DNA of 13,260 bases from contig JAWLEP010000058.1 of assembly GCA_041686025.1 (NCBI GenBank), positions 1 through 13,260 on the forward strand, given 5' to 3'. This DNA is from Candidatus Fermentibacteraceae bacterium (GTDB taxonomy: Bacteria; Fermentibacterota; Fermentibacteria; Fermentibacterales; JCC-6). How positions within the stretch are numbered: the first letter of the stretch is position 1; every line of letters starts with the position of its first letter. The notes under the pieces were generated by a model, which did not search any database, was not told where the DNA came from, and was given only the letters and a program-made list of their open reading frames with translations. The position numbers were made by a program, and so were the translations under genes. Positions 1-7,528 of the stretch are shown here, piece after piece.

Positions 1-509
1 TCCGCCCGGTCCACCGCCAGGTCTCCGGGGGCGCAGCTCTCCGCCAGGGCCGAGCAGGCGAACACCGGGTCGCCCCGGAAGAAGTATGTCCGCATGCCGG
101 GGGCGCCGGTGATTCCCCACTCCATCTCCCCCGCAGACAGGCAGAACCTGTACTCCAGCCGGAATCCCGGGTCCGGATCCAGCCCCGAGAGGAGCGTCCT
201 CACTCCTTCGGCCGTCTTCAGGCATTCGTCCGGGCCCACGCCGGGAAAGACCGCAGTGAAGGAATCGCCGGCAAAGGTGGCCACGAAGCCGTCGGACTCC
301 GATATGGCGCCCACGGCGGCCTCGAAGACGGCGTTGAGGGAGGAGGAGATGCGCTCTGCGCCCCGGTGGCCGTGGGCCATGAGCCTCTCGGTCATGGAGG
401 TGAACCCGGAGACGTCCACGTGAAGGACCGACCCGTCCAGGAAGCCGTGCATGGAGCCCCGGGCCAGCCGCCGGGCTATGAAGGTCGGGACGCTGCCCCC
501 GGGGGTCAT
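1..509 (-). CDS. Class III adenylate/guanylate cyclase domain protein, N-terminal part; runs off the left edge
   Basis: Manual translation from ATG 509: MTPGGSVPTFIARRLARGSMHGFLDGSVLHVDVSGFTSMTERLMAHGHRGAERISSSLNAVFEAAVGAISESDGFVATFAGDSFTAVFPG...RTYFFRGDPVFACSALAE. DVSGFT and FAGD carry the two metal-binding Asp residues. The frame is open to the window edge. An alternative in-frame GTG at 620 overlaps the upstream stop (GTGA). Confidence 0.88.
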   Translation of the reverse strand, partial: MTPGGSVPTFIARRLARGSMHGFLDGSVLHVDVSGFTSMTERLMAHGHRGAERISSSLNAVFEAAVGAISESDGFVATFAGDSFTAVFPGVGPDECLKTAEGVRTLLSGLDPDPGFRLEYRFCLSAGEMEWGITGAPGMRTYFFRGDPVFACSALAESCAPGDLAVDRA

Positions 510-616
510 GTCCCGGAGGCCGCGGGCCGGGCCGAAGCCGGCGGGACGGCTGCGGCATGGGCGCTGTTCTTCATGGGCCTCCCGTCCCCGTGTGGTTCGA
601 GGCGAATATGCCCCGC

Positions 617-2302
617 TCACCCATGGCGGCACAAAGAGGCCTGTCCGTCGTCATCGTGAGAGGGCGCCGGCGGCAGACCCACCAGACGCCTCAGCTCGGA
701 AGCCCCGGGGCTGACCCCTCCCTCCGGCGATAGCTCGACGCGGGCCCCGGCCCGGAGAAGCCTCCGCATCTCCCCCGCCGCCACCCGGGCAAGACGGCAC
801 CGCAGCGCGGGACCAATCTCCGCGGGCGCCCCCTCCGGCCAGCCCTCTTCCGGCCTCCACCGGGCGGTGGCGATCCTCCCGGAGCCGTGGGGCCCCTTCC
901 AGGAGAGCACAGAGCTGCCCAGCATTCTGCACAGCAGCCCCATCCTCACTCCCCGGGCGGCGGACGCCGCTACGGAGACCAGCATCCCCTCCACCTCCTC
1001 CGGGCCGGCCGGAGCAGGCTCTCCCTCCGGACCGGATTCGGCCTCCTCGCCTTCCCCATCCGCTGCGGCGCGGATGGCCCGCTCGGCCAGCTCCCTCTCT
1101 CCCAGAGCCAGCAGGGCGTCGGCCCATTCGGCGGCATCCCGGATATCGGTCCGGCCTTCGGCCCGTGCCAGGAGCCCCTCCAGGCCCTGCCGCAGGGTAT
1201 CCTCCCGCAGGGGCCCGCGTCTCTCCAGGTGCCCGCGAAGCCAGCGGCCAAGACGCCTCCCCGGCCTGCCCCGCAGCGCCGCCCGCACCAGACCGCCCAT
1301 GCGGATCACCGTCTCCCGCCGGGGAAAAGGCCCCAGCCAGCCCTCTTCCGGCTCGGGGGACAGAGTCCGGAAGTCGGGCGGGCAGTACCAGGCGCAGTCC
1401 TCCCGGGGGGGACGCATGGCGGTGTTGTAGGGCGGGTCCAGACGGTGGATCTCGCAGGCCTCCAGCAGGGCGGCGGAGAAGGGGGTGTCGCAGACGGTCT
1501 CCTCCACCCGGGCGGCCTGGCTGGCCAGCGCCCTGTTCTTGCCGCCGGAGGCCCCGGGGGCGAAGTAGGAACCCACCCGGGAGCGCAGGCAGGCTGCCTT
1601 TCCCACGTAGAGCACCCGGCCGTCCGCGGCCAGGAGGCGGTAGACCCCCGGCCGCCTGGGCAGCCGCGACAGGCGCCGGCGGTCCAGGGCCGTCAGCCTG
1701 CGGCCGGCGGCGGCGGGGGGAGCCTCCAGGAAGCGCCGCAGCTCCCCGGGGGCATGCACCCCCCGCCCGGCCAGCAGGGGGACCATCCTCTCCCAGACGA
1801 AGGCCGTTACCCGCACGTGGTCCGCCGCCCGCCGGTGCCGGGAAAGGGAGAACCCCAGGTAGCCGGCCACCGGGCGGAGGCCCTTGCCGGGAAGGCCGGG
1901 AAGCAACCGCCTGGCCAGCTCCATGGTGCATATGACCTCCGGCTCCCAATCCACGCCGGCCAGTGCCGCCATGTGCCGAAGCCAGCGCCTCTCGAACAGG
2001 GCGTAGTGGGCCAGAATCGGCACCTGCGGGGCCCGCCCGCCTCCGCCGGCGGCGGAGAGGAGCCACCACACCTCCCGGGGAGTGGCCTCCCGGCCGGTCC
2101 TGTCCTCGTCCCCTATGCCGGTTATCCGCCTGATCCGCGGCGGCAGGGGGACACCCGGGGGAAGCCGGCAGGGAAGGGAGACCGCCCCTCCCCCGTGGGG
2201 CCCCAGCCGCTGCCAGCCCACCTCCAGCAGCCCGGCTCCCAGCGGCGAGGCCCCGGTGGTCTGAACGTCCACGGCCAGCAGCGGCAGTTCGGATAGTTTC
2301 AT
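617..2302 (-). CDS. DEDDh (DnaQ-like) exonuclease-fold domain with degenerate motifs, fused to a UvrC/Cho-type GIY-YIG endonuclease domain
   Basis: N-terminal VDVQTTG / AHYALFERRWL / ICTMELARRLLPGL / RRAADHVRVTA follow the ExoI-III layout. The central LPRRPGVYRL...VLYVGKAACLRSRVGSYF...AALLEACEIHRLDPPYN is the GIY-YIG signature. Start at ATG 2302 (MKLSELPLL) or ATG 2350. Confidence 0.88.
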   Translation of the reverse strand: MKLSELPLLAVDVQTTGASPLGAGLLEVGWQRLGPHGGGAVSLPCRLPPGVPLPPRIRRITGIGDEDRTGREATPREVWWLLSAAGGGGRAPQVPILAHYALFERRWLRHMAALAGVDWEPEVICTMELARRLLPGLPGKGLRPVAGYLGFSLSRHRRAADHVRVTAFVWERMVPLLAGRGVHAPGELRRFLEAPPAAAGRRLTALDRRRLSRLPRRPGVYRLLAADGRVLYVGKAACLRSRVGSYFAPGASGGKNRALASQAARVEETVCDTPFSAALLEACEIHRLDPPYNTAMRPPREDCAWYCPPDFRTLSPEPEEGWLGPFPRRETVIRMGGLVRAALRGRPGRRLGRWLRGHLERRGPLREDTLRQGLEGLLARAEGRTDIRDAAEWADALLALGERELAERAIRAAADGEGEEAESGPEGEPAPAGPEEVEGMLVSVAASAARGVRMGLLCRMLGSSVLSWKGPHGSGRIATARWRPEEGWPEGAPAEIGPALRCRLARVAAGEMRRLLRAGARVELSPEGGVSPGASELRRLVGLPPAPSHDDDGQASLCRHG

Positions 2303-2354
2303 GGGGGCAGGATATCTTTCGAAGGCCCCCGGGTCCAGCCGTATCGCCATATAG

Positions 2355-2382
2355 TTGCGCGATCAAATATATTTGTTATAAT
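2355..2382 (+). promoter_or_regulatory. Sigma70-type promoter for the methyltransferase, with a palindrome in the spacer
   Basis: TTGCGC (2355-2360), 16-nt spacer, TATAAT (2377-2382) with extended -10 TG at 2374-2375. The palindrome CAAATATATTTG lies at 2364-2375 and a GAAGGGGG RBS precedes ATG 2401. Confidence 0.7.
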
Positions 2383-2400
2383 GCGCATGAAGGGGGATGC

Positions 2401-3111
2401 ATGGAAGAGCTGGAAGCGCGGCTTCACTCGCTTGCGCCTGCAAGGATGCTGGACGTGGCCACCGGCAGGGGAAGCGGGGCCGCCTGGCTGGCCTCCACCT
2501 TCGGCGGAGACGCGCCCATAGTCTGCGCCGACCTCTCACCCAGGGGCTTTGCCGCCGAGTCCAGCGCCTTCGGGGACCGCCGCATGCTTCCCGTAGTCTG
2601 CGACGCCGGGGCCCTCGCACTGGCCGGCGGGGCGGTAGACCTGGCCTGCTGCGTGAACTCGCTGCATCACTTCCCCCGGCCCGGGGCCGTCCTGGAGGAG
2701 ATGCGCCGGGTGGCCGCGCCGGGGGCCGCTCTGGTGATATCGGAGATGCACAGCGAGACCGGAAGCGACGCCCAGGCCACACACCGGCTGCTGCACCACT
2801 GGTGGGCCCGCTGCGACAGGCTGATGGGCGAGTACCACGGGGAGACCTTCACCAGGGCCGGCCTGCGGGGGCTGGTGGAGGCCCTGGAGCCCGCCGAGCT
2901 TCTGGTGGAGGAGCGGGAGGTTGACGGCGGCGACCCTCGCGACCCCCGGCTCATGCAGAGGCTGGAGACCGGCTGCGACCGCTACCTGCAGAGGCTGCGC
3001 GACCATGGGGGAGGAGAGGGTCTGATCCGGCGGGGGCTGGAGCTGAAGCGGAGGCTGCGGGAGGTGGGCTTCTCACCCGCTCCCAGGCTGGTGATCCTGG
3101 CCTTCCTCTAG
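2401..3111 (+). CDS. Class I SAM-dependent methyltransferase, substrate unknown
   Basis: Motif I MLDVATGRG, acidic residue after strand 2 (VCADLS), VDLACCVNSLHHF and EMRRVAAPGAALVISE are typical of Methyltransf_11/25/31 enzymes. Confidence 0.9.
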   Translation: MEELEARLHSLAPARMLDVATGRGSGAAWLASTFGGDAPIVCADLSPRGFAAESSAFGDRRMLPVVCDAGALALAGGAVDLACCVNSLHHFPRPGAVLEEMRRVAAPGAALVISEMHSETGSDAQATHRLLHHWWARCDRLMGEYHGETFTRAGLRGLVEALEPAELLVEEREVDGGDPRDPRLMQRLETGCDRYLQRLRDHGGGEGLIRRGLELKRRLREVGFSPAPRLVILAFL

Positions 3112-4518
3112 GCCGGCCAGCTCCCCCCGCTCCCGCAGGTACCGGATGCACTCCTCCACCGGGGGCATCACGGGAAGCTCCCCCCCGGCAACCGCCGTCT
3201 CCAGCTCGTGCAGCAGACGGCCCACCTCCTCGCGCCGCCGTTCCGGCACCATTCGGGCCAGTATTCTTCCCGCCTCCCGGGGCAGGACCCGCCCGTGGCC
3301 GGGAAGCGACAGCTCCGCAAGCCTGCGGCGCAGCTCCGCCAGCCTGGCGGCGCCGGTCTCCGCCTCCTCCGGCGCGTGGGCGGCGATGTCGGCGGCGGCC
3401 AGCGCCATCAGCCGGTCCAGGTTCTCGCCCGCCTCCCTGGCCAGACGGCGGACGGCGCTGTCGGTCCATTCCCCGGTGTACCCCAGAGGCCGCATGTGGC
3501 TCTGCACCAGCCGGACCACGCAGCGCCTCTCCCTCCTGCTGAAGCGCAGTCGCCGGGCCACGCTCTCGGCGACCTCCGCCCCCTTCCGCTGATGGCCCAG
3601 GTAGCGCACCCTGCCGTCCTCCACCGTCCTGGAAGCCGGTTTCCCGGCGTCGTGCAGAAGGGCGGCCCATCTCAGGCAGACGTCGGGCAGGGCGGTGTTG
3701 GCCAGCACCGCAAGCGTGTGGTCCCAGACGTCCAGGTGGTGATGCCGGCCCTGGTCCACCCCCCGGGCCGAGAGGAGGGGGGCCATCTCCGGGACCATGG
3801 CGACCAGAAGCCCCAGGTCGGCCATCAGCGAGAACGCCTCCGCCACGGTGGGGCCGTCCGGAAGCTCCATGAGGATGTCCAGCTCCCGCTTGCAGCGCTC
3901 CGCCGCCACCTGGGCGATTCGGGGCGCCCCCCGCTCCATCGCCGCGGCCACGTCCTCGTGCATCCGGAAATCCAGCTGGGCGGCGAACCGCACGGCCCGA
4001 AGCATCCGCAGGGGGTCCTCCCGCATCACCTCGTGGGGGTCGCCGGGGGTGCGCAGCAGGCGGTCCTCCAGGTCGCTCCGTCCCCCGGTGGGGTCGATGA
4101 TGCGGCCGTCGGAGTCCAGGGCCATGGCGTTCACCGTGAAGTCCCGGCGGACCAGGTCGCCCTCTATGGTGTCCCCGAAACGCACCTCGGGGTGGCGGTC
4201 GCCGGGGGGGTACACCTCCTCGCACCGGAAGGTGGTGATCTCCACCATGCCGCCTTCCTCCGGAGCCATCACGGCCCCCACCGTTCCGTAGGCCATGCCC
4301 AGGGGAACCGTGCGGATGCCGGCATCCTCCAGTATCCTCACCGACTCCTCCGGGGGGGCATCGGTGGCCATGTCCAGGTCGGCCTCTCCGCCGGCCCCCC
4401 TCAGCAGATCGCGGACGTAGCCCCCCACCAGGTACAGGCTGCGCCCGGCCCGTCGGTAGATCTCGAAGAGCCTGCGGGCCGCCTTCGGCAGACGCGCGGA
4501 TACCGAGTCCTCGCTCAT
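3073..4518 (-). CDS. cca: Class II tRNA nucleotidyltransferase (CCA-adding enzyme) with HD domain
   Basis: LVGGYVRDLL..DLDMAT (motif A), EITTFR plus flexible loop, RRDFTVNAMA (motif B), EDPLRMLRAVRF (motif D) and an HD domain (VWDHTL...AALLHDAGKP). A GGAG RBS precedes ATG 4518, which I prefer to the ORF-track start at 4578. Confidence 0.9.
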   Translation of the reverse strand: MSEDSVSARLPKAARRLFEIYRRAGRSLYLVGGYVRDLLRGAGGEADLDMATDAPPEESVRILEDAGIRTVPLGMAYGTVGAVMAPEEGGMVEITTFRCEEVYPPGDRHPEVRFGDTIEGDLVRRDFTVNAMALDSDGRIIDPTGGRSDLEDRLLRTPGDPHEVMREDPLRMLRAVRFAAQLDFRMHEDVAAAMERGAPRIAQVAAERCKRELDILMELPDGPTVAEAFSLMADLGLLVAMVPEMAPLLSARGVDQGRHHHLDVWDHTLAVLANTALPDVCLRWAALLHDAGKPASRTVEDGRVRYLGHQRKGAEVAESVARRLRFSRRERRCVVRLVQSHMRPLGYTGEWTDSAVRRLAREAGENLDRLMALAAADIAAHAPEEAETGAARLAELRRRLAELSLPGHGRVLPREAGRILARMVPERRREEVGRLLHELETAVAGGELPVMPPVEECIRYLRERGELAGLEEGQDHQPGSG

Positions 4519-4538
4519 GCGGGCTCCCTTCCGGGTCA

Positions 4539-4599
4539 ACGCTACGACATCCGGGGCCGGGGCGCAAAGGTTGCGCACGGCGAGTCAAAAAGGTAAACT
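4539..4599. promoter_or_regulatory. Back-to-back divergent sigma70-type promoters for cca and the lipoprotein operon
   Basis: Plus strand: TTGCGC (4571-4576)-17 nt-TAAACT (4594-4599). Minus strand: TTGCGC (4567..4562)-17 nt-TAGCGT (4544..4539). The two -35 hexamers form the inverted repeat GCGCAA-agg-TTGCGC. Confidence 0.55.
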
Positions 4600-4634
4600 A
4601 GACGTACAACAATTTTTGCTGGGAGGAGGAGGCC

Positions 4635-5741
4635 ATGAGGTACGTTGCTGCGGCCGCGCTGGGGCTGATCCTGGCGGCGGCATGCGGATCCGAGGAAGCG
4701 GGGGACGCGGGAGAAGCCGCTCCGGACCGGACCCCCCTGGTCCGTCTGGCGGTTGTGGACACCATAGGAGCGGGAATGGGAGACTCGCTGTACATGTTCG
4801 GTACGGTGGACGCCCTGGCCCACGGCCCCGACGGCGAGGTGCTGGTGCTGGACGGGATGCGCAAGCGCATCGGCCGCTACTCTCCCCGGGGGGAGTTCCT
4901 CAACTGGATCTCCCGGGAGGGGGAGGGTCCCGGGGAGCTCCTGCGCCCCAGCAGCATGGCTCTGGTGCCCGACAGGGGGCTGGCGGTGAACGACCTGGCC
5001 CTGTCCCGCATTACGTTCTTCGACCAGGAGGGCCTCGTCCGGGAGGAGATCGAGGGATTCACCCCCTTTCCCCCCACCAGGCTCCGGCCCTCGTCCGCCG
5101 GTCTGGTTGGAACCCGCAGGGACTTCGACCGGGAGGAAAACCGCTACGGATTCCGGGTGGGTCTGTGGACCGACTCCACGGAGATGGATCTGGTCTACCA
5201 CAGCAGGATGACGGACTTCAACCGTGACAACATTCAGGAGACGGTGAGCTCCACCAACATCGCCTTCACCGCCTCGCCCCTCGACGGCAGAGTCTACGTG
5301 GCCCCCGTCTCCACCAGGGACTACAGGATCTTCATCTACGCAGGCGACGGAACGCCGGAGGGCGAGATCGCCAGCAGCAGGCCGCGGGTCCGCAGGCCGC
5401 AGCGGGAGATAGACCGCGAGCGGGTCCAGCAGAACCGGCAGCTGCGGGAGGAGGGCGCTCCCCCCGACATGGTCTGGGAGCCCAGGGAGTACGAGAACCA
5501 GGTCTCCGCGCTGTGGGTAGGCCCGGAGAACCGGCTCTGGGTGAGGGACGGCACCTCCCCCGACCCCCTGTTCCACGTCTACTCCCCCGAAGGGGACCTC
5601 CTCTTCGAGTGCGCGCTGGAGGGCCCGGCTCCTGCAGACGGCGACCTCTGGTTCTCCATAGACGCCGGCGGCTTCCTGGCCACCCAGTCCGACCCGCTGG
5701 ACTACCCCAGGGTGTATATTCTATCTCTGCAGGAGGAGTAG
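4635..5741 (+). CDS. Lipoprotein with a predicted 6-bladed (NHL-like) beta-propeller
   Basis: Strong GGAGGAGGAGG RBS. Signal peptide with lipobox LAAA-C17. Propeller-blade motifs such as GPDGEVLVLDG, YSPRGEFL..ISREGEGPGEL, VGPENRLWV and YSPEGDLL. Confidence 0.8.
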   Translation: MRYVAAAALGLILAAACGSEEAGDAGEAAPDRTPLVRLAVVDTIGAGMGDSLYMFGTVDALAHGPDGEVLVLDGMRKRIGRYSPRGEFLNWISREGEGPGELLRPSSMALVPDRGLAVNDLALSRITFFDQEGLVREEIEGFTPFPPTRLRPSSAGLVGTRRDFDREENRYGFRVGLWTDSTEMDLVYHSRMTDFNRDNIQETVSSTNIAFTASPLDGRVYVAPVSTRDYRIFIYAGDGTPEGEIASSRPRVRRPQREIDRERVQQNRQLREEGAPPDMVWEPREYENQVSALWVGPENRLWVRDGTSPDPLFHVYSPEGDLLFECALEGPAPADGDLWFSIDAGGFLATQSDPLDYPRVYILSLQEE

Positions 5742-5790
5742 AGAGACCACCGTCCCCCAAGGGGGGCTCATTCCATGACCGGGAGGAACC

Positions 5791-6525
5791 ATGATCTGGA
5801 GAGCCGCGATTCTCACGCTGGTACTGGCAGCCGCAGCAGCCTCTTCCGTGCAGCCCTGGCTGGACACGGAGTTCGGCATGGCCTTCGTCGGATACAACGA
5901 CATCGGTGTGCCGGGAGACACCGGGACCCGCTTCTCCCTGATGGACCTGGACCCCGATCCCGCCCTGTTCGTGAGGATCAGGCCCGGGATCACCATCGGG
6001 CGCCACAGCCTCAGCGTGCTGGTGGCCCCCCTGCGCATAGAGGCGGGCGACGTGCTGGAGAGCCCCGTGAGCTTCGCCGGCACGGTATTCCCCGCCGGTG
6101 CCCCGGTGGACGCCACCTACCGTTTCGACAGCTATCGCCTCTCATGGATGTACGACGTCTGGCGCAGGGATCGGCTGGTGCTGGCCGCCGGCGCCAGCGC
6201 CAAGATCCGCGACGCCGCCATCTCCCTCTCCTCGGCGCCCCTGGAGCTGTCGGCGGCCAAGACCAACACCGGCTTCGTGCCCCTGCTCACCGCCTCCGCC
6301 GACTATCGGGTCTCCCCGGAGCTGAAGCTGCGGGTGCACGCGGCGGGCCTGGCCGGCCCCGTGGGCCGTGCGGAGGACGTGTTCGCCGGCGTAGTCTGGA
6401 CCCCGTCGGACATCACCTCGCTGCGGGCGGGCTACCGGTTCGTGGAGGGCGGCGCGGACGTGGACGAGGTCTACAACTTCACCATGATCCACTACGCCAG
6501 CCTGGGCGCCACGGTCAGGCTGTGA
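5791..6525 (+). CDS. Secreted protein, probable outer-membrane beta-barrel
   Basis: GGAGG RBS, Sec signal peptide (MIWRAAILTLVLAAAAAS), alternating amphipathic strands rich in Y/F/W/G (TYRFDSYRLSWMYDV, LRAGYRFVEGG) and a C-terminal strand YASLGATVRL resembling a beta-signal. Confidence 0.7.
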   Translation: MIWRAAILTLVLAAAAASSVQPWLDTEFGMAFVGYNDIGVPGDTGTRFSLMDLDPDPALFVRIRPGITIGRHSLSVLVAPLRIEAGDVLESPVSFAGTVFPAGAPVDATYRFDSYRLSWMYDVWRRDRLVLAAGASAKIRDAAISLSSAPLELSAAKTNTGFVPLLTASADYRVSPELKLRVHAAGLAGPVGRAEDVFAGVVWTPSDITSLRAGYRFVEGGADVDEVYNFTMIHYASLGATVRL

Positions 6526-6538
6526 GAGCGGCCGCCGC

Positions 6539-7528
6539 TTGAGCCCGGGCGGCAGCCTGCCGGAAAGGGCCCTGCGCTGGATCCTGCGCTCGCTGCGCGA
6601 CGCGGGGGAGGTGAGCCTCACCCTCTTCCGGGTGATGGTCCCCGTCATCGTGGCGGTAAAGGTCCTGGACATGCTGGGGGGCGTGTCGGTGCTGGCCGGG
6701 GTCCTGGCCCCGGTGATGCGCACCGTGGGCCTCCCAGGCGAGATGGGCCTGGTCTGGGCCTCCGCCATGATAACCAACCTCTACGGCGGCATCGCCGTCT
6801 TCGTCTCCCTGGCCCCGGGGATGGGTCTGTCCGCCGCCCAGGTCACCGTGCTGTGCTCCATGATGCTGGCCGCCCACTCCATGCCCGTGGAGCTGCGGGT
6901 GGCCCAGAAGGCCGGGGTGCGGGTGCGGTTCCTGGTGGTGTTCAGGCTGGCCGCCGCCTACCTGCTGGGCATGTCCCTGCACCTAATATACCGGGCCCTC
7001 TCGGTGATGGAGCATCCGGCCGGGATACTGCTGGACCCCGGCCCCCGGCCCGCGGGCCTGGGACAGTGGGCCCTGTCACAGCTGGAGAACCTGCTGACGG
7101 TCTTCCTCGTAGTGCTGGGGCTGGTGGTGCTGATGCGGGTCCTGGAGGCACTGGGGGTCACCGACCTGCTGGGCCGGATGCTCAGGCCCCTGCTGGAGTC
7201 CATGGGCATCGGCCACTCCGCCGCCACCATCACGGTCATCGGCCTGGTGCTGGGCCTCTCCTACGGCGGGGGGCTCATCATCCGGGAGGCCCGCTCCGGC
7301 CGGGTGGGGCCCCGGGACCTGTTCTTCTCGGTGACCCTGATGGGCCTGGCCCACGCACTGGTGGAGGACACACTGCTGATGCTGTCCCTGGGCGCCCACC
7401 TAACCGGCGTGCTGCTGGGGAGGGTGGCGGTGGCCTGGCTTCTGGTCACCCTGCTGGTCCGCCTGGTCCGCAGGATGCCCGACAGGACGTTCAGGCGCTG
7501 GCTCTACCGGCCCGTCCCCGGAAGCTAG
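6539..7528 (+). CDS. Nucleoside-recognition (Gate) domain inner-membrane protein
   Basis: About 8 hydrophobic segments in two internally repeated halves (LAGVLAPVMRTVGLPGE and LGRMLRPLLESMGIG), plus GLVLGLSYGGGLII and HALVEDT. TTG start at 6539 is uncertain. Confidence 0.8.
   Translation: MSPGGSLPERALRWILRSLRDAGEVSLTLFRVMVPVIVAVKVLDMLGGVSVLAGVLAPVMRTVGLPGEMGLVWASAMITNLYGGIAVFVSLAPGMGLSAAQVTVLCSMMLAAHSMPVELRVAQKAGVRVRFLVVFRLAAAYLLGMSLHLIYRALSVMEHPAGILLDPGPRPAGLGQWALSQLENLLTVFLVVLGLVVLMRVLEALGVTDLLGRMLRPLLESMGIGHSAATITVIGLVLGLSYGGGLIIREARSGRVGPRDLFFSVTLMGLAHALVEDTLLMLSLGAHLTGVLLGRVAVAWLLVTLLVRLVRRMPDRTFRRWLYRPVPGS

Noticed and set aside
94..714. Plus-strand ORFs 94..423, 366..659 and 451..714
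   Set aside because: They lie antisense to the cyclase frame, which has recognisable catalytic motifs, and show no protein-like features.
617..2302. Calling this gene uvrC or dnaQ
   Set aside because: It lacks recognisable UvrC C-terminal nuclease/HhH domains and the exonuclease catalytic residues are substituted.
651..2366. 571-aa minus-strand ORF and other long overlapping ORFs (887..2296, 2951..4588, 3208..4596, 4542..5576, 6853..8193, 11501..12400)
   Set aside because: Pro/Arg/Gly/Ala-rich or antisense shadow frames expected at high GC. They show no motifs and overlap genes with clear family signatures.
2364..2375. Reading TATATTTG as a Bacteroidetes-type -7 promoter element (TAnnTTTG)
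   Set aside because: The window contains canonical sigma70 promoters (TTGACA-17-TATGAT, TGnTATAAT), so an operator reading fits better. Not fully excluded.
2401..3111. Arsenite methyltransferase (arsM), suggested by several Cys residues and the ArsR-like dyad
   Set aside because: The characteristic GCGNP and SNCVINL-type motifs are not present and no ars genes are nearby.
3073..4518. Poly(A) polymerase (pcnB) assignment
   Set aside because: The PAP-specific G(R/K)(R/K)F signature is absent (VPLGMAYGTV here). The flexible loop and HD domain fit a tRNA nucleotidyltransferase. A-adding-only activity cannot be excluded from sequence.
5754..5766. CCCCC-AA-GGGGGG hairpin between the lipoprotein and barrel genes as a terminator
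   Set aside because: Short homopolymer stem, tiny loop and no U-tract.
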